Source of the DNA: an uncultured Bacilli bacterium
Lineage (GTDB): Bacteria > Bacillota_I > Bacilli_A > RFN20 > CAG-288
DNA: 58,881 bases
Assembly (NCBI GenBank): GCA_944332485.1
Contig: CALVKB010000003.1
Location: 1-58,881 of the forward strand
Direction of reading: 5' to 3'
The stretch's first letter is position 1. Every line of letters starts with the position of its first letter. Positions 27,898 through 40,383 of the stretch are shown here, piece after piece. The translations under genes were made by a program, and so were the position numbers. The notes below the pieces were generated by a model that made no database searches, had not been told where the DNA came from, and worked only from the letters and a program-made list of their open reading frames with translations.

Positions 27898-30339
27898 TCA
27901 GTTGTTGGATGTGTCTTGATTGTTTGTATCTACTTTCTCTTCATTTGTTTGTTTTTTGAAAGTAGATGGTGTTGGATTCTGTTTGTTTTTCAAACTTGCT
28001 ACAGAATTTGGTGAGCCGAACAACAGCAATGTTTTACCATTTGAATAACGTTCAACATCAGTTGAAATATCCTTGTAATCAAACTGTTTATCATCCTGTT
28101 TTTTCTCAGCTTCAATCAACTTATCAATCTCATCCTTTGTGATGAAAATCACTCCAACACGACCATTAGTCAATTCGTTTGCTTTACATTGAGCACTAAC
28201 TTCGGTCATTGTAAGATCAACTTCACCATCTTTAGCAATGATAATGCAGAAATTATTAACATTATGTGCAATCATATTATCCACAACTTTATGGATGTTG
28301 CGATAGAAATTAACAACCTCTGCTGATGGTTTCTTAGGAATTGGTGGAAGGGTGCGTTTTTCAAGTAACTCTTTAATTTCGCTTGCGTTGATAGTTTCTC
28401 TTTCAAAGACAGTCTTAGCTAATAATTCCACATCGTCTTTATATTGAGTGATGATATCATAAGCTTGCTTATGACATTCTTCAATAATTCTACGAACTTC
28501 ATTATCAATCTCCAATGCCACTTGATCAGAGTAGTTTCTTTGATATGAACCGTAATCTCTTCCCAAGAAAACATTACCATCGCTTTGATCATATTGAACT
28601 GGACCAAGTTTACTCATACCGAATCTAGTGACCATTGCACGAGCTATCTTTGTAGCTTGTTCAAAATCATTTGATGCACCGGTTGAAACGTCTCCGAAGA
28701 ATATCTCCTCGGAAGTTCTACCTGCTAAGAAACCGGTGATCTCTGCCATAAGTTCATTTTTAGTTTGTAAGAATTTATCATTTTCAGGAGTCATAAGAAC
28801 ATGACCACCTGTACGACCACGAGGAATAATTGTAATCTTTTGAACTTTGTTAGAATATGGAACTTTCAAACCGACAATTGCGTGACCAGATTCATGGTAA
28901 GCAACCTGCCAACGTTCCTTCTCCTCAAGATGCTTATTATCCTTAGCAGGACCAGCAATTCTTCTATCGATAGCCTCATCAATATCTTTATATGTAATTT
29001 CATCACGATTTTCTCTTACTGCTAAAATTGCTGCTTCGTTCATGATGTTTGCTAAGTCCGCACCTGCAAATCCAACAGTATTTCTAGCAATGGCATCATA
29101 ATCGACATCTTTGCTAACTTTCTTATTACGAGAGTGAACTTTCAAAATAGCTTCACGGCCTTCTTTATCTGGATAATCAACAGTGATGATTCTGTCGAAT
29201 CTTCCAGGTCTTGTCAAAGCTGGGTCAAGTACATCGCTTCTGTTGGTTGCAGCCATGATGATAACACCAGATGAATCTTCAAAACCATCCATCTCAACCA
29301 ACAACTGATTGAGTGTTTGTTCTCTTTCATCATTACCACCACCAAGTCCAGCACCTCTTTGTCGACCGACAGCATCGATCTCATCAATAAATACCAAGCA
29401 TGGAGCGTTAGCTTTAGCAGTCTTGAACATGTCTCTAACTCTTGAAGCACCGACACCAACATACATTTCAACAAAGTCAGAACCGGAAATTGAGTAAAAC
29501 GGAACATTAGCTTCACCTGCGACAGCCTTTGCAAGCAATGTTTTACCAGTTCCTGGAGGACCAACTAACAAAACACCTTTTGGTAAGATTGCACCTAATG
29601 CTTTATACTTCTTAGCATTGGTAAAATAGTCAACAACTTCAACTAATTCGTTTTTAACTTCATCAATACCAGCAACATCGCTGAATCTAACATCAGATTT
29701 TGTAGCTTTTTTATTTCCTTTAAAGCCATTATCAAATAAACCGCCTTTGCCTCCCGGACCACCACTTAATCCTCTGAGCATATTTCTCAAGAAGAAAGAT
29801 GCTAAAAGTCCGATGCCTAAGAAGATCAACAAAGTGTACAACCATGAATAATCAGCTGTGCTATAAACTTTCACACTGTATAAATTATTCTGACCAGCAC
29901 TTGTAGTCTTCAAAAATTCAAGGAATGTATTGTATTCTTCATCAGTACCAGCAATATTGAATGAGTACAAATAGGTAGCATAATAACTTTGACCTGAGGA
30001 ATTTTGAACTCTAGTTTGAACTTCTGCTTCAAAGTAATAATAATGACCATCTGGTATGTAGTATGATTTTATACTTTCAACTTTACCGTATTGTTCACCT
30101 TCGTCATGATCTTTGACCAATTCATAGATATCACCGGAATATGTTTTATTTCCTTGTTCATCTACTTCACAAACAAACTCGGTTGGGCCGAAACTTTTAT
30201 ATATCTTCGGGGTAAAAGCACTGCTGAAAATCCAATAGAAAAGCAATCCAAATACAGCTATCAAAAGAATAGGACCTATGAGCATTGTCCATTTAAAAGG
30301 TTTTTTATTACTATTATTAGGTTTATTGTTATCTTCCAT
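27898..30339 (-). CDS. ftsH: ATP-dependent zinc metalloprotease FtsH (with enlarged ectodomain and C-terminal extension)
   Basis: Two TM helices, AAA Walker [14 protein letters not shown], Walker B FIDEID, SRH region, and zinc motif HESGHA. AAGGAGG SD precedes the start. Confidence 0.95.
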   Translation of the reverse strand: MEDNNKPNNSNKKPFKWTMLIGPILLIAVFGLLFYWIFSSAFTPKIYKSFGPTEFVCEVDEQGNKTYSGDIYELVKDHDEGEQYGKVESIKSYYIPDGHYYYFEAEVQTRVQNSSGQSYYATYLYSFNIAGTDEEYNTFLEFLKTTSAGQNNLYSVKVYSTADYSWLYTLLIFLGIGLLASFFLRNMLRGLSGGPGGKGGLFDNGFKGNKKATKSDVRFSDVAGIDEVKNELVEVVDYFTNAKKYKALGAILPKGVLLVGPPGTGKTLLAKAVAGEANVPFYSISGSDFVEMYVGVGASRVRDMFKTAKANAPCLVFIDEIDAVGRQRGAGLGGGNDEREQTLNQLLVEMDGFEDSSGVIIMAATNRSDVLDPALTRPGRFDRIITVDYPDKEGREAILKVHSRNKKVSKDVDYDAIARNTVGFAGADLANIMNEAAILAVRENRDEITYKDIDEAIDRRIAGPAKDNKHLEEKERWQVAYHESGHAIVGLKVPYSNKVQKITIIPRGRTGGHVLMTPENDKFLQTKNELMAEITGFLAGRTSEEIFFGDVSTGASNDFEQATKIARAMVTRFGMSKLGPVQYDQSDGNVFLGRDYGSYQRNYSDQVALEIDNEVRRIIEECHKQAYDIITQYKDDVELLAKTVFERETINASEIKELLEKRTLPPIPKKPSAEVVNFYRNIHKVVDNMIAHNVNNFCIIIAKDGEVDLTMTEVSAQCKANELTNGRVGVIFITKDEIDKLIEAEKKQDDKQFDYKDISTDVERYSNGKTLLLFGSPNSVASLKNKQNPTPSTFKKQTNEEKVDTNNQDTSNN

Positions 30340-30712
30340 TTAAAACCTCCTTATGCTCATATAAAATGAACATATAACAATTTTATAATATTATTATTTT
30401 ATATTTAATAATTATGTTTCATTAAATTACAAATTTATTTTTTCACATTTTTGTTTAACTAAACATTTTCTTTGAAATATGGACATGTATCTAACGCTTT
30501 TAGCTTTTCATTTATAACTAAAACGCATATAAAATAAATGTAAATAATCATTTAACAATTTTAAACACATTTTTAAAAATGTTTTTGTGTTTAACTGACC
30601 ATTCATCCTTAAAACCACTCTCGATTTTTTGTTTTAAAATAAAAACGCTTTCTTTATAGGCATAGTCAATAAATAATTTTAACTATGTTAAAATAAAAAT
30701 TAGGATTGGTAT

Positions 30713-31471
30713 TTGAATATGGAAGAAATTACTTTGATCGGTTTGGATAGATTCGATAACAACTGTTTGAGCAGTTTTCTTTGTTCAGGAGTATTGCTTC
30801 ACAAATTGAATTGTAAAATCAATTTGATATATTCAAAAAAATATGAACAAATGGATAAATCAAAATATGAATTCTTGAAAAATCTTTCAAATTTCAATAT
30901 TTACGACTTTGATAGTGATATAAAAATTGATGAAATTAAAAATGTCATCTTAAATTCAAAAACAGTAATTTTTAATCCTATGGAGTACAATTTACCTCTT
31001 TTAGATAAATTGAAAAATCTGAATGTTCCATTACAAATCAACTTTTCATACTTTTCAGCCAAAAACAAAGATTTAGCTTCTTTTAGCGAGAACATTGATA
31101 ATGTTTTGATAATTTCAAGGCATAATCACGAACTAAAAAGAGATTTAGCTAATAAAATAGTAACGCAAAGTAGAACAAATTGCATTATATTCAAATCTTA
31201 CGGAGTTGTTGATGTTTATTCACATGATGGTTTCACCTACACTTACAAATTGTTCTTAGATGAAGTTTCTGAAGAATTCTACACCTATTCAAATATATTC
31301 TTCACTGGATTTATCTATGGGCAAATAAATAAAAAATCAACCGAAGTCTCCTCACATATCGGGTTAGCTCTTTGCGATATGGCTAAAGATAAAGACAAGA
31401 CACTTGATGATGACAAGATAAATCTTGAAAATTTGAATAAAGCGATGAAAAACTTCTCGTATAGCTTATAA
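30713..31471 (+). CDS. hypothetical protein
   Basis: 252-aa ORF with no motif I can assign with confidence. TTG 30713 lies 7 nt after AGGA; ATG 30719 is the alternative start. Confidence 0.5.
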   Translation: MNMEEITLIGLDRFDNNCLSSFLCSGVLLHKLNCKINLIYSKKYEQMDKSKYEFLKNLSNFNIYDFDSDIKIDEIKNVILNSKTVIFNPMEYNLPLLDKLKNLNVPLQINFSYFSAKNKDLASFSENIDNVLIISRHNHELKRDLANKIVTQSRTNCIIFKSYGVVDVYSHDGFTYTYKLFLDEVSEEFYTYSNIFFTGFIYGQINKKSTEVSSHIGLALCDMAKDKDKTLDDDKINLENLNKAMKNFSYSL

Positions 31472-31472
31472 A

Positions 31473-31515
31473 AAACGTTTGAATGGTTTCTCCCATTCAA
31501 ACGTTTATTTTTTTA
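31473..31515. terminator. bidirectional rho-independent terminator (hypothetical gene / rpoC)
   Basis: 14-bp perfect stem AAACGTTTGAATGG / CCATTCAAACGTTT with loop TTTCTC, followed by ATTTTTTT. It sits between convergent genes. Confidence 0.8.
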
Positions 31516-31534
31516 ATACAATTTTTATTTTTAA

Positions 31535-34500
31535 TTAATCGAGATTTTCTGGTTCAAAAACGATATTTTCATCCTTGAAGGATTCATCAACATCATATTC
31601 TTCATTGGCAATTTCTATATTACCTTCCAAAGTTTGTTTTTGTTCCTCTTTGTCCTCTTCGAAACTTGGTAATGGATTGATACCAGTACCAGCTGGGATC
31701 AATTTACCAACCATGACATTCTCCTTCAAACCGACCAAGTAGTCAACTTTGTTCTTGACAGCAGCATCGGTCAAAACTTTGGTTGTCTCTTGGAATGAAG
31801 CAGAAGACAAGAATGATTTAGTATCCAAAGCTGATTTGGTGATACCCAACAATATAGGTTTAATACGTGCTGGACGTTTATTATTCTCCAAAGCTTTTTC
31901 GTTTTTAGCAGTGAAGTCGATCAAATCAGCTCTCATTCCAGGAAGCAAATCAGTATCACCACCATCAAGGACAACACCTTTACGTGTCATCTGTCTGATG
32001 ATAACTTCAATGTGCTTATCGGAAATTCCGATACTCTGAGATGAGTAAACCTTTTGAACTTCCTTGATCAAGTACTCTTGAACAGCTTTGTAATCAGCGT
32101 ATTCAAGAAGTTTACGAGGATCGATGGCACCTTCAGTCAAAGCTTGACCGTTTGTGACATAATCACCGACTTTAACAAGCAATCTTGCATTGTAGAAAGT
32201 ATCAACTGTCTTTTCATCACCAGCTTCTTCGTTGTAAATCGTGATATTCTTGATACCATTAACTTCAACAATATTTGTGATTTTACCTGGAATTGGGGAG
32301 ATTGTAGCTTCACCACGAGGATTTCTAGCTTCAAGCAACTCCTGAACTCTTGGCAAACCTTGAGTAATATCAGCACCAGTTGTACCACCGGAGTGGAAGT
32401 TCTTAAGAGTCAACTGAGTACCTGGCTCACCGATTGATTGAGCAGCCATAATACCGACAGCATCACCGATATTGACCAATTTACCTGTGGCCATGTTACG
32501 ACCGTAACAATGTACACAAACACCATTGGTGCATTCACAGGTGAGCAATGATCTTATCTCGACTTCTTCAATATGAGCAGCTACGATCTTATCAGCAGTA
32601 GTTTCATCAATCATGGTGTTACCTTTGACGATAACTTCATTGGTTTCAGGATTGACAACATCACGCATAGCATAACGACCTATTAATCTATCCTTCAATG
32701 AAACGATGATAGAACCATCCTTCTCATCTTTCAAAGTTTTAACAACGATACCATGGTCACAACCACAATCATCCTCACGAATGATAACGTTATGAGAAAC
32801 ATCGATCAAACGTCTGGTCAAATAACCGGAGTCAGCGGTCTTCAAAGCGGTATCGGTACCACCTTTTCTAGCACCGTGAGAAGCGATGAAAAATTCTGAA
32901 ACATCAGCACCCTCTCTGAAATTACTTCTAATAGGAATTTCGATTGTTTCACCTTTAGGGTTAACCATCAAACCACGGATACCTAACAATGAAACGAAGT
33001 TACCGATACTACCACGAGCACCGGAGTTTGCCATCATGAAAACTGGGTTTCTCTTCTCAACAGCGAGAAGTTGTTTCAAATTCTTCTCAACGGTCTTCTT
33101 GATATTTTCCCAAACTTCAATAACAGCGTTATAACGTCCTTTATCGGAATATTCACCATCTAAGTATAAGTTGTTGATCATTTCAACTTTCTTATCACCT
33201 TCTTGTAACAGTTTCTCTTTACCTTCCAAAACAGGCATGTCGTGGATGGAAACTGTAAATCCGGCTAATGTTGAATACTCAAAACCTTGATCCTTGATAT
33301 CATCAAGAACCTTGGAAGTCTTATCATCGCCGTAACGTAAGAATATTTCATTGATAATAGGACCTAAGGATGATTTACCAACCGGATCACGGGTTGGCAA
33401 AGTCTTAATATACTCTTTGATATTTGTAACTGTCTTGATTGGAGTATCAAGTTTTTCTTTTTCGCCAAAGCGAACGAAATATTCATCCAAATTAACTTTG
33501 ACATTGCTGTTTTCATCCTTTGTGATTCTCTTAGCATCGTTGATGAATGGGAAATCCTCAGGGAAAACACTGTTGAAGATAATCTTACCGACAGTTGTTA
33601 TCAAATATGAATTCATTTGATCTTTGGTCAAACTTGTTTTACCCAAGTTACAACCTTTGATGATGATTCTGTTGTGAAGGTGAATCTGACCTGTTTCAAA
33701 TGCCAACTTGACATCCTTAACAGAGCCGAACAATTTACCTTCAAGTTGTTTGAATTGTTCAAGTTTCTCAGCTCTTTCCTCATCACCGAAACTTCTGAAC
33801 TCCTTAATTGCAACATCAAAATCGTCCTGAGTAACTTCCATAGTCAAATAGTAATTACCCAAAACCATATCTTGAGTTGGAATACAGATAGGCTTACCAT
33901 CTTTTGGACCGAGAATGTTATGATTTGCAATCATAAGTTCGCTGGCTTCTTTTTGAGCCTTGTCTGATAATGGGATATGAACTGCCATCTGGTCACCGTC
34001 GAAGTCGGCGTTGAAACCAGTACAAACAAGTGGATGTAATCTGATTGCTCTACCTTCAACTAAAACAGGTTGGAAAGCTTGAATACCTAAACGGTGAAGT
34101 GTAGGAGCACGATTTAACAAAACGTGATGATCAGAGATGATTCTCTCGATAACATCATTGACCTTAGGATCATAACGATCGATCATCATATCAGCAGTCT
34201 TGTGAGAAACACCGTTTTCTCCTGACATCAATTCATGAGCGATGAACGGACGGAAAAGTTGGATGGCCATTTCACGTGGTAAACCACACTGGTACATCTT
34301 CAAATCTGGTCCAACAGCGATGACGGAACGACCGGAGTAGTCAACTCTTTTACCTAACAAGTTCTGTCTGAAACGACCTTGTTTACCTTTGAGTGAACTT
34401 GTCAAAGATTTCAAGACACGGTTGTTAGCACCTTGAATTGGCTTATTTCTCTTGCCGTTGTCGATCAAACTATCAACGGCATCTTGCAACATACGTTTTT

Positions 34501-35527
34501 CATTGACCAAAATAACGCTAGGAGCACTATTTTCGATGAATCCTTTCAAACGGATGTTACGGGATATAACTCTTCTGTAAAGGTCATTTAAATCGGAAGT
34601 TGCGAATCTTCCACCGTCCAATTGTAACATAGGACGCAAATCAGGTGGAATAACAGGAAGGTTGTCCAAGACCATCCATGATGGATCTTGCTTGGAATCA
34701 TAGAAAGATTTGATGACTTCCAAACGTTTGACAAGTCTCTCTTTCTTCTGAGATTTACCAAGTTTTCCTTCTTTTCCAACTTTTTGTGAGTTGATTAAGT
34801 TTTTAAGTTCGGTTTGAATTTTTTCAAACTCAGCTTCAATATCGATCTCCTTTAAAAGTTCCTTGATAGCTTCGCCACCCATACCGAAACGAGCATGTGT
34901 GTATTTGCTTATCAATTCTGCGATCATATCGAAGTTGTATGGAACATGAATATCATTCAAATTCTCCAAAGCTTCAAGAAGATACTCTTTATCGAATTCA
35001 TCAGTGACGACATCTTCCTCTTTCATAGCTTCTAAAATACTCTTGAATTTCTCACGGGAGTTCTTCTCATCCATGATCTCATTTTTCTTAAGTTGAGTGC
35101 ATGTTCCTGGGTTTAAAACGATGTGGGAGGAGTAATAAACAACCTCTTCCAAAGCTTTAGGTTGAACATCAAGTAAAAATGCAACTCTATTTGGAGTACC
35201 TTTGAAATACCAAATATGGGTGCATGGGCTTGCTAAATGAATATGACCCATTCTCTCTCTACGAACAGCTTTGGATGTTATTTCAACACCGCACTTATCG
35301 CAGATTGTGCCATTGTATCTAATTTTCTTGTACTTACCACAAGCACATTCATAATCTTTACTTGGTCCAAAAATCTTCTCACAGAACAAACCACCATCGA
35401 CAGGTTTCTGAGAACGGTAGTTGATTGTCTCTGCATTTTGAACTTCACCTCTTGACCATTCGAGGACCATCTCAGGAGAAGCTAAACCGACTGATATAGT
35501 CGCTAAATTATTCAAATCTAATGCCAT
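31535..35527 (-). CDS. rpoC: DNA-directed RNA polymerase subunit beta'
   Basis: 1330 aa with NADFDGDQM catalytic motif, zinc-binding Cys clusters and bridge-helix/trigger-loop regions. It follows rpoB. Confidence 0.97.
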   Translation of the reverse strand: MALDLNNLATISVGLASPEMVLEWSRGEVQNAETINYRSQKPVDGGLFCEKIFGPSKDYECACGKYKKIRYNGTICDKCGVEITSKAVRRERMGHIHLASPCTHIWYFKGTPNRVAFLLDVQPKALEEVVYYSSHIVLNPGTCTQLKKNEIMDEKNSREKFKSILEAMKEEDVVTDEFDKEYLLEALENLNDIHVPYNFDMIAELISKYTHARFGMGGEAIKELLKEIDIEAEFEKIQTELKNLINSQKVGKEGKLGKSQKKERLVKRLEVIKSFYDSKQDPSWMVLDNLPVIPPDLRPMLQLDGGRFATSDLNDLYRRVISRNIRLKGFIENSAPSVILVNEKRMLQDAVDSLIDNGKRNKPIQGANNRVLKSLTSSLKGKQGRFRQNLLGKRVDYSGRSVIAVGPDLKMYQCGLPREMAIQLFRPFIAHELMSGENGVSHKTADMMIDRYDPKVNDVIERIISDHHVLLNRAPTLHRLGIQAFQPVLVEGRAIRLHPLVCTGFNADFDGDQMAVHIPLSDKAQKEASELMIANHNILGPKDGKPICIPTQDMVLGNYYLTMEVTQDDFDVAIKEFRSFGDEERAEKLEQFKQLEGKLFGSVKDVKLAFETGQIHLHNRIIIKGCNLGKTSLTKDQMNSYLITTVGKIIFNSVFPEDFPFINDAKRITKDENSNVKVNLDEYFVRFGEKEKLDTPIKTVTNIKEYIKTLPTRDPVGKSSLGPIINEIFLRYGDDKTSKVLDDIKDQGFEYSTLAGFTVSIHDMPVLEGKEKLLQEGDKKVEMINNLYLDGEYSDKGRYNAVIEVWENIKKTVEKNLKQLLAVEKRNPVFMMANSGARGSIGNFVSLLGIRGLMVNPKGETIEIPIRSNFREGADVSEFFIASHGARKGGTDTALKTADSGYLTRRLIDVSHNVIIREDDCGCDHGIVVKTLKDEKDGSIIVSLKDRLIGRYAMRDVVNPETNEVIVKGNTMIDETTADKIVAAHIEEVEIRSLLTCECTNGVCVHCYGRNMATGKLVNIGDAVGIMAAQSIGEPGTQLTLKNFHSGGTTGADITQGLPRVQELLEARNPRGEATISPIPGKITNIVEVNGIKNITIYNEEAGDEKTVDTFYNARLLVKVGDYVTNGQALTEGAIDPRKLLEYADYKAVQEYLIKEVQKVYSSQSIGISDKHIEVIIRQMTRKGVVLDGGDTDLLPGMRADLIDFTAKNEKALENNKRPARIKPILLGITKSALDTKSFLSSASFQETTKVLTDAAVKNKVDYLVGLKENVMVGKLIPAGTGINPLPSFEEDKEEQKQTLEGNIEIANEEYDVDESFKDENIVFEPENLD

Positions 35528-35544
35528 AATTTACATTCCTCCTA

Positions 35545-38500
35545 TTAGTCTTCGCTTTCAACTGTCGGGTTCATCCTACGTTCATTTTTAAGTCTCTCCT
35601 CTTCGGAGCTACCCATCTTGTTGATGTTTTGGTGAACTTTGGATTGTTCTTTTGCAGTTTCTGCTGTGATTGTATTTACATTGATGGTCTTACCATCTTT
35701 TGTCTTAAGGGTGACATTGATTGCCAAACCTTGAAGTTCCTTGATCAAAACACGGAATGATTCAGGCATGTTTGGTTTAGGAATGTCATGGCCACGTAAA
35801 ATTGCTTCATAAGCTTTGTTTCTACCGACCATATCATCGGATTTGATGGTTAACATCTCCTGTAAAGTGTGGGCTGCACCATAAGCTTCCAAAGCCCAAA
35901 CTTCCATTTCACCGAATCTCTGTCCACCGTTTTGAGCTTTACCACCCAAAGGTTGTTGTGTGACTAAAGAATATGGACCGATACTTCTTGCGTGAAGCTT
36001 ATCATCAACCATGTGGACAAGTTTGATCATGTACATGATACCGACGTTGATACGGTTATCGTATCTTTCACCGGTGATACCATCATATAAAACTGTCTTA
36101 CCATCTTTTGACATATTAGCCATATCCATAATCTTGGAAAGTTCGGCGTTGGTAACACCATCAAAAACAGGAGTCGCAATCTTGATTCCTAATTTTTCAC
36201 AGGCTAAACCTAAGTGAACTTCCAAAATCTGACCGATGTTCATACGGGATGGAACTCCTAATGGGGATAACATGATGTCAACTGGACGACCGTTTGGTAA
36301 AAATGGCATATCCTCCACTGGGAGAATTCTTGAAATAACACCTTTGTTACCGTGACGACCGGACATCTTGTCACCTTCGGAAATCTTACGTTTTTGTACA
36401 ACGTAGACTTTGACAGTTTCCAAAATACCTGCTGCTAATTCATCTTTGTTAGCACGGGAGAAAGTTTTAACATCTAAAACTATACCTGCACCACCGTGAG
36501 GAATACGCAAGGAGGCATCTTTACCTTCTTTATTTTTCTCATTGAAAATAGCTGCCAACAATTTGTCAACAGAAGTTTGTTGAGTGACACCACGAGGGGT
36601 TGTTTTACCAACTAAAATATCACCTTCTTTAACTTCAGCACCTTTGACAATGATACCTCTTGCATCCAAGAATGTCTTATCGGATTCGGAGATATTTGGA
36701 ACATCACGGGTGAAAACTTCGTCACCCAATTTTGTCTTACGACGGTCAATTGAATACTCTTCAATATGAATTGAAGTGTAGACATCATCTTTGACTAAAC
36801 GTTCGGACATGATGACAGCATCTTCGTAGTTATAACCATGCCAGTTCATGAATGCGATCAATACGTTCTGACCTAATGCCAATTCACCATGATCCATGGC
36901 TGGACCATCTGCGATAATTTGACCTTTGGTCACCTTATCACCGACTTTGACGATAGGATATTGATTGATGCATGTTCCTTGGTTGGCTCTTTCGAATTTT
37001 CTTAAAACATATGTTTTCTCCTCATTGTTGGATTGTGAAACAACAATCTCACAAGAGTCGACATATTTGATAACACCATCAGCTTCAGCAACAACAGCTG
37101 AACCGGAGTCTTTGGCGATTATTCGCTCCAAACCAGTTCCAACGTATGGTGCGTGTGGTCTTATCAATGACAAAGCTTGACGTTGCATGTTTGCACCCAT
37201 CATCGCTCTGTGAATATCATCGTTCTCCAAGAATGGAATACAAGCTGTTGCGATGGAAACAATCTGTTTTGGAGAAACATCGATAAAATCAACTTCCTCC
37301 GGATTAACCAAGATGTTTTGACCATTGAAACGGCAAACAACCTTTTCTCCGATGATTTTATGCGTAACAGGATCAACTTCAACACTTGATGGAGCAATCT
37401 TGTGATTTCTCTCATCATCAGCGGTGAGTTTATAAACTTCATCTGTTATTTGGTGTGTAATTGGATCGATCTTTCTATATGGAGTTTGGATAAAACCGTG
37501 CTCGTTAACTTCAGCATAGCAAGCCAAATTAGAGATCAAACCGATGTTTTGACCTTCTGGTGTCTCAATTGGACAGATACGACCATAGTGAGAGTAGTGA
37601 ACGTCACGAACTTCCATGGAAGCACGATCTCTTTGAATACCACCTGGACCTAAAGCTGAGATTCTTCTCTTATTGGTAAGTTCAGCTAATGGGTTAGTTT
37701 GGTCCATTATCTGAGAAAGTTGTGAGGAGTTGAAGAAATCACGAACTAAAGAGTTCAATGGTTTCATATTCATGATGGAGCTAACTGATAAGTTAACAAC
37801 ATCTGAGGAAGTCATCTTATCCTTGACTTGTTTTTCCATACGGGAAAGACCCTGACGGAAGTAGTTTTGAATAAGTTCACCGACACATTTGACACGTCTG
37901 TTTCCTAAGTGATCGATATCATCAACATCGCCTAAACCTTCGATAACGTTCAAAAAGTATGAGAACAAACTGACAATATCAGATTGTGTGATAACAGAGA
38001 CATCGATATTCAAATCGGTACCGATGATATTTATAACTTTGCTCTTCTCTTCATCCAAATAGACTTTGACCATATTAACTTGGTTGTAATGATCAAGATC
38101 TTCATTGCAGGTGAATGTGAAAGTCATAGCACCTTGCTCAAAAAATCTATTTTTTCTTAATTCATCGACGATCTCTTTGGTCAACAATGTGCCTTGTTCA
38201 TAGACAATTTCACCATCACTATCGATCAAATCTTCAGCCAAAATATGGTTTGCTAAACGGTTGTAAATACCCAACTTCTTAGCAATTTTGAATCTACCAG
38301 CTGGGCCAAGAGCATAATGTCTATGATCGAAGAATCTCTGTTTGAGATTTGATAATTGAGACTCAGGGTTACTTGGTTCACCTGGACGAAGTTTGTTAAA
38401 AATATCAGCGATAGCTTTTCTTTGAATGGTTTCATGCTCATTTTTTGAGTTGCTGGTTTGCTGTGGAGGATATTTTTCAATAGTATCTTCCAAAGCTTTG

Positions 38501-39180
38501 ATATCAAAACCGAACATGTCACGCAAATCGGATTCTTTTGTCAAACCGATAGCTCTGAGCATGGTTAAAGATGGGACCTTCTTTTGCTTATCAATACGGC
38601 ACATCAAACCATTTTTTGAATCTGTGATAAATTCAAGCCAAGTACCTCTGGCTGGAATTATGTCAGCTTCATAGGTATATTCACCGGATCTGTCCTGTAA
38701 AACTTTAGCAATATAAGCCCCTGGGGAACGAACAATCTGCGAGACTATAACTCTCTCAGCACCATTGATGATGAATGTTCCAGATGGTGTCATCAATGGG
38801 TAGTCACCCATATATATGTCACCTTCGTTGATGGTACCATCAGGTTTTTTCAATCTTAAAGTTGCACTTAAAGATGAACTGTAGGTGTAACCTTTTTCTT
38901 TACAAACAGAGACTGAATTTTTAGGCTCAGCCCATTTGCAATCGACAAATTCCAATTCTACCAATTGATCATCGGTAATTTCATTTTTGAATTTACCATC
39001 GATGCTGCGTATTGGGAAGAAATCGTTAAATACATCCTTGATACCTTGCTCTCTGAATTTTCTGTATGATTCGGTTTGAATGGCACTAAGATTTGGTAAC
39101 TCAGTTGGTCTAATTTTGGAAAAATTGTATCTTCCGTTTTCAAGTTTTACATTATTTAAATCTAACTTTTTATCAGTCAT
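35545..39180 (-). CDS. rpoB: DNA-directed RNA polymerase subunit beta
   Basis: 1211 aa with conserved beta-subunit blocks: the rifampicin cluster region FFNSSQLSQIMDQTNPL, GRHGNKGV, and the GEMEVWALEAYGAAH segment. Confidence 0.97.
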   Translation of the reverse strand: MTDKKLDLNNVKLENGRYNFSKIRPTELPNLSAIQTESYRKFREQGIKDVFNDFFPIRSIDGKFKNEITDDQLVELEFVDCKWAEPKNSVSVCKEKGYTYSSSLSATLRLKKPDGTINEGDIYMGDYPLMTPSGTFIINGAERVIVSQIVRSPGAYIAKVLQDRSGEYTYEADIIPARGTWLEFITDSKNGLMCRIDKQKKVPSLTMLRAIGLTKESDLRDMFGFDIKALEDTIEKYPPQQTSNSKNEHETIQRKAIADIFNKLRPGEPSNPESQLSNLKQRFFDHRHYALGPAGRFKIAKKLGIYNRLANHILAEDLIDSDGEIVYEQGTLLTKEIVDELRKNRFFEQGAMTFTFTCNEDLDHYNQVNMVKVYLDEEKSKVINIIGTDLNIDVSVITQSDIVSLFSYFLNVIEGLGDVDDIDHLGNRRVKCVGELIQNYFRQGLSRMEKQVKDKMTSSDVVNLSVSSIMNMKPLNSLVRDFFNSSQLSQIMDQTNPLAELTNKRRISALGPGGIQRDRASMEVRDVHYSHYGRICPIETPEGQNIGLISNLACYAEVNEHGFIQTPYRKIDPITHQITDEVYKLTADDERNHKIAPSSVEVDPVTHKIIGEKVVCRFNGQNILVNPEEVDFIDVSPKQIVSIATACIPFLENDDIHRAMMGANMQRQALSLIRPHAPYVGTGLERIIAKDSGSAVVAEADGVIKYVDSCEIVVSQSNNEEKTYVLRKFERANQGTCINQYPIVKVGDKVTKGQIIADGPAMDHGELALGQNVLIAFMNWHGYNYEDAVIMSERLVKDDVYTSIHIEEYSIDRRKTKLGDEVFTRDVPNISESDKTFLDARGIIVKGAEVKEGDILVGKTTPRGVTQQTSVDKLLAAIFNEKNKEGKDASLRIPHGGAGIVLDVKTFSRANKDELAAGILETVKVYVVQKRKISEGDKMSGRHGNKGVISRILPVEDMPFLPNGRPVDIMLSPLGVPSRMNIGQILEVHLGLACEKLGIKIATPVFDGVTNAELSKIMDMANMSKDGKTVLYDGITGERYDNRINVGIMYMIKLVHMVDDKLHARSIGPYSLVTQQPLGGKAQNGGQRFGEMEVWALEAYGAAHTLQEMLTIKSDDMVGRNKAYEAILRGHDIPKPNMPESFRVLIKELQGLAINVTLKTKDGKTINVNTITAETAKEQSKVHQNINKMGSSEEERLKNERRMNPTVESED

Positions 39181-39250
39181 TTACGTTCCTCTTCTTTCTA
39201 TGTTTTTGGAAAATTTATAACCTTCAATTTATCAGATGATTATAAATCGT

Positions 39251-39276
39251 AAAACCCACTACCTAAAAATAGGCAG
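39251..39276 (-). terminator. candidate attenuator hairpin between rplL and rpoB
   Basis: Minus-strand RNA CUGCCUA-UUUU-UAGGUAG (7 bp including one G-U pair), followed by UGGGUUUU. An rplL-rpoB attenuator is a known arrangement in E. coli. The hairpin here is weak. Confidence 0.35.
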
Positions 39277-39320
39277 CAGGTTGTAGTATTTGTAAATATT
39301 TTTGTAAAAAAGTTAGTTTA

Positions 39321-39695
39321 TTACTTGATTTCGACTTCTGCACCTGCTTCAACCAAAACTTTCTTGTGTTCTTCAGCTTCAGTTGGAGAGATCTTCTCTT
39401 TGATTGCGCATGGAGCACCATCGACTAATTTCTTAGCATCCATCAAGCCTAAACCTGTGATAGCTTGAACTGCTTTGATAACTGGGACCTTGCTGGCGCC
39501 AACACTCTTGAGGATTAAGTTGACCTCGGCTGGACCTTCATTTTCTTCAGCAGCAGCGGCTGGACCTGCGACTGCAACAGCAGCAGCGGCGGTAACGCCA
39601 AATTCATCTTCGATAGCTTTGACTAAGTCAAAAACTTCGACAACTGTCATTTCTTTTAAAGAAGCGATAATTTCTTCCTTTGTTAATTTTGCCAT
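39321..39695 (-). CDS. rplL: 50S ribosomal protein L7/L12
   Basis: 124 aa with an Ala-rich hinge and the conserved C-terminal domain ([24 protein letters not shown]). Confidence 0.95.
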   Translation of the reverse strand: MAKLTKEEIIASLKEMTVVEVFDLVKAIEDEFGVTAAAAVAVAGPAAAAEENEGPAEVNLILKSVGASKVPVIKAVQAITGLGLMDAKKLVDGAPCAIKEKISPTEAEEHKKVLVEAGAEVEIK

Positions 39696-39762
39696 AATTT
39701 AATTTTCCTTTCTTAATAATAATTAGCAATTAATTCTTTTATAGATATTTCTATTATCTATA

Positions 39763-40251
39763 TTATTGTTGCTTTTCAGCAACAGCTTTCAAAGCAACAG
39801 CGAATTGTCTGACTGGAGCTTGCAATACGGATAACAACATCGATAATGCACCCTCTTTGCCATTGACTAAAGCTAAAGCTTCGAGTTTTTCTGTAGGACA
39901 GAATGTTTTTTCAATTACTGCACCCTTGATCTTAAGTGCTTTGTTCTTCTTAGCAAATTGTGTAATAATGCTCAATGCACTTGTTGAATCAGGAGAGGTA
40001 ATCAAAGCATTCGGACCTTTCAAAAGTGAATCAAGAGCTGAATAACTTTCATCATCACAAGCGCGACGAAGTAAAGTATTCTTGTGAATTTCCATCTTAG
40101 CATTAACTTTCTTAAGAGAAGTTCTCAATTGAGTTAAAGCTTTGACAGGCAAACCATGATAACTGACGATAACTGCGCAGTTTGAATCCTTCAAAACGGA
40201 ATCAATCTCAGCCACGACAGCCTTTTTGCTCTCTAATACTTTAGGGTTCAT
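39763..40251 (-). CDS. rplJ: 50S ribosomal protein L10
   Basis: 162 aa with the typical L10 sequence and a position upstream of rplL. Confidence 0.95.
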   Translation of the reverse strand: MNPKVLESKKAVVAEIDSVLKDSNCAVIVSYHGLPVKALTQLRTSLKKVNAKMEIHKNTLLRRACDDESYSALDSLLKGPNALITSPDSTSALSIITQFAKKNKALKIKGAVIEKTFCPTEKLEALALVNGKEGALSMLLSVLQAPVRQFAVALKAVAEKQQ

Positions 40252-40383
40252 GACTTTTCCTCCTTATAAACATATATGCAGCAATATACTTTCAGAAAGA
40301 TTGAATATCCCATCGGTAACAAATTAAGTCATAAGACAGTTACGGTCTTCGGTATATTGATTGCAACAAATTAACGCTAGCGA
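40252..40383 (-). promoter_or_regulatory. candidate ribosomal protein L10 leader (autoregulatory 5' UTR of rplJL)
   Basis: 132-nt gap between rplA and rplJ. The minus-strand RNA can form a long closing helix (GCAAT..ATATAC with GTATATTGC). That helix encloses a short AAGAC/GTCTT hairpin. Assignment is by position and foldability only. Confidence 0.4.

Noticed and set aside
39475-39702. 75-aa Ala/Ser/Thr-rich ORF antisense to rplL, and similar antisense or off-frame ORFs within rpoB, rpoC, ftsH, oppA, rplA and rplK.
   Set aside because: These are shadow ORFs of highly conserved genes on the opposite strand or in another frame, with no start signals. The Ala-rich product is simply the complement of the L7/L12 Ala hinge.
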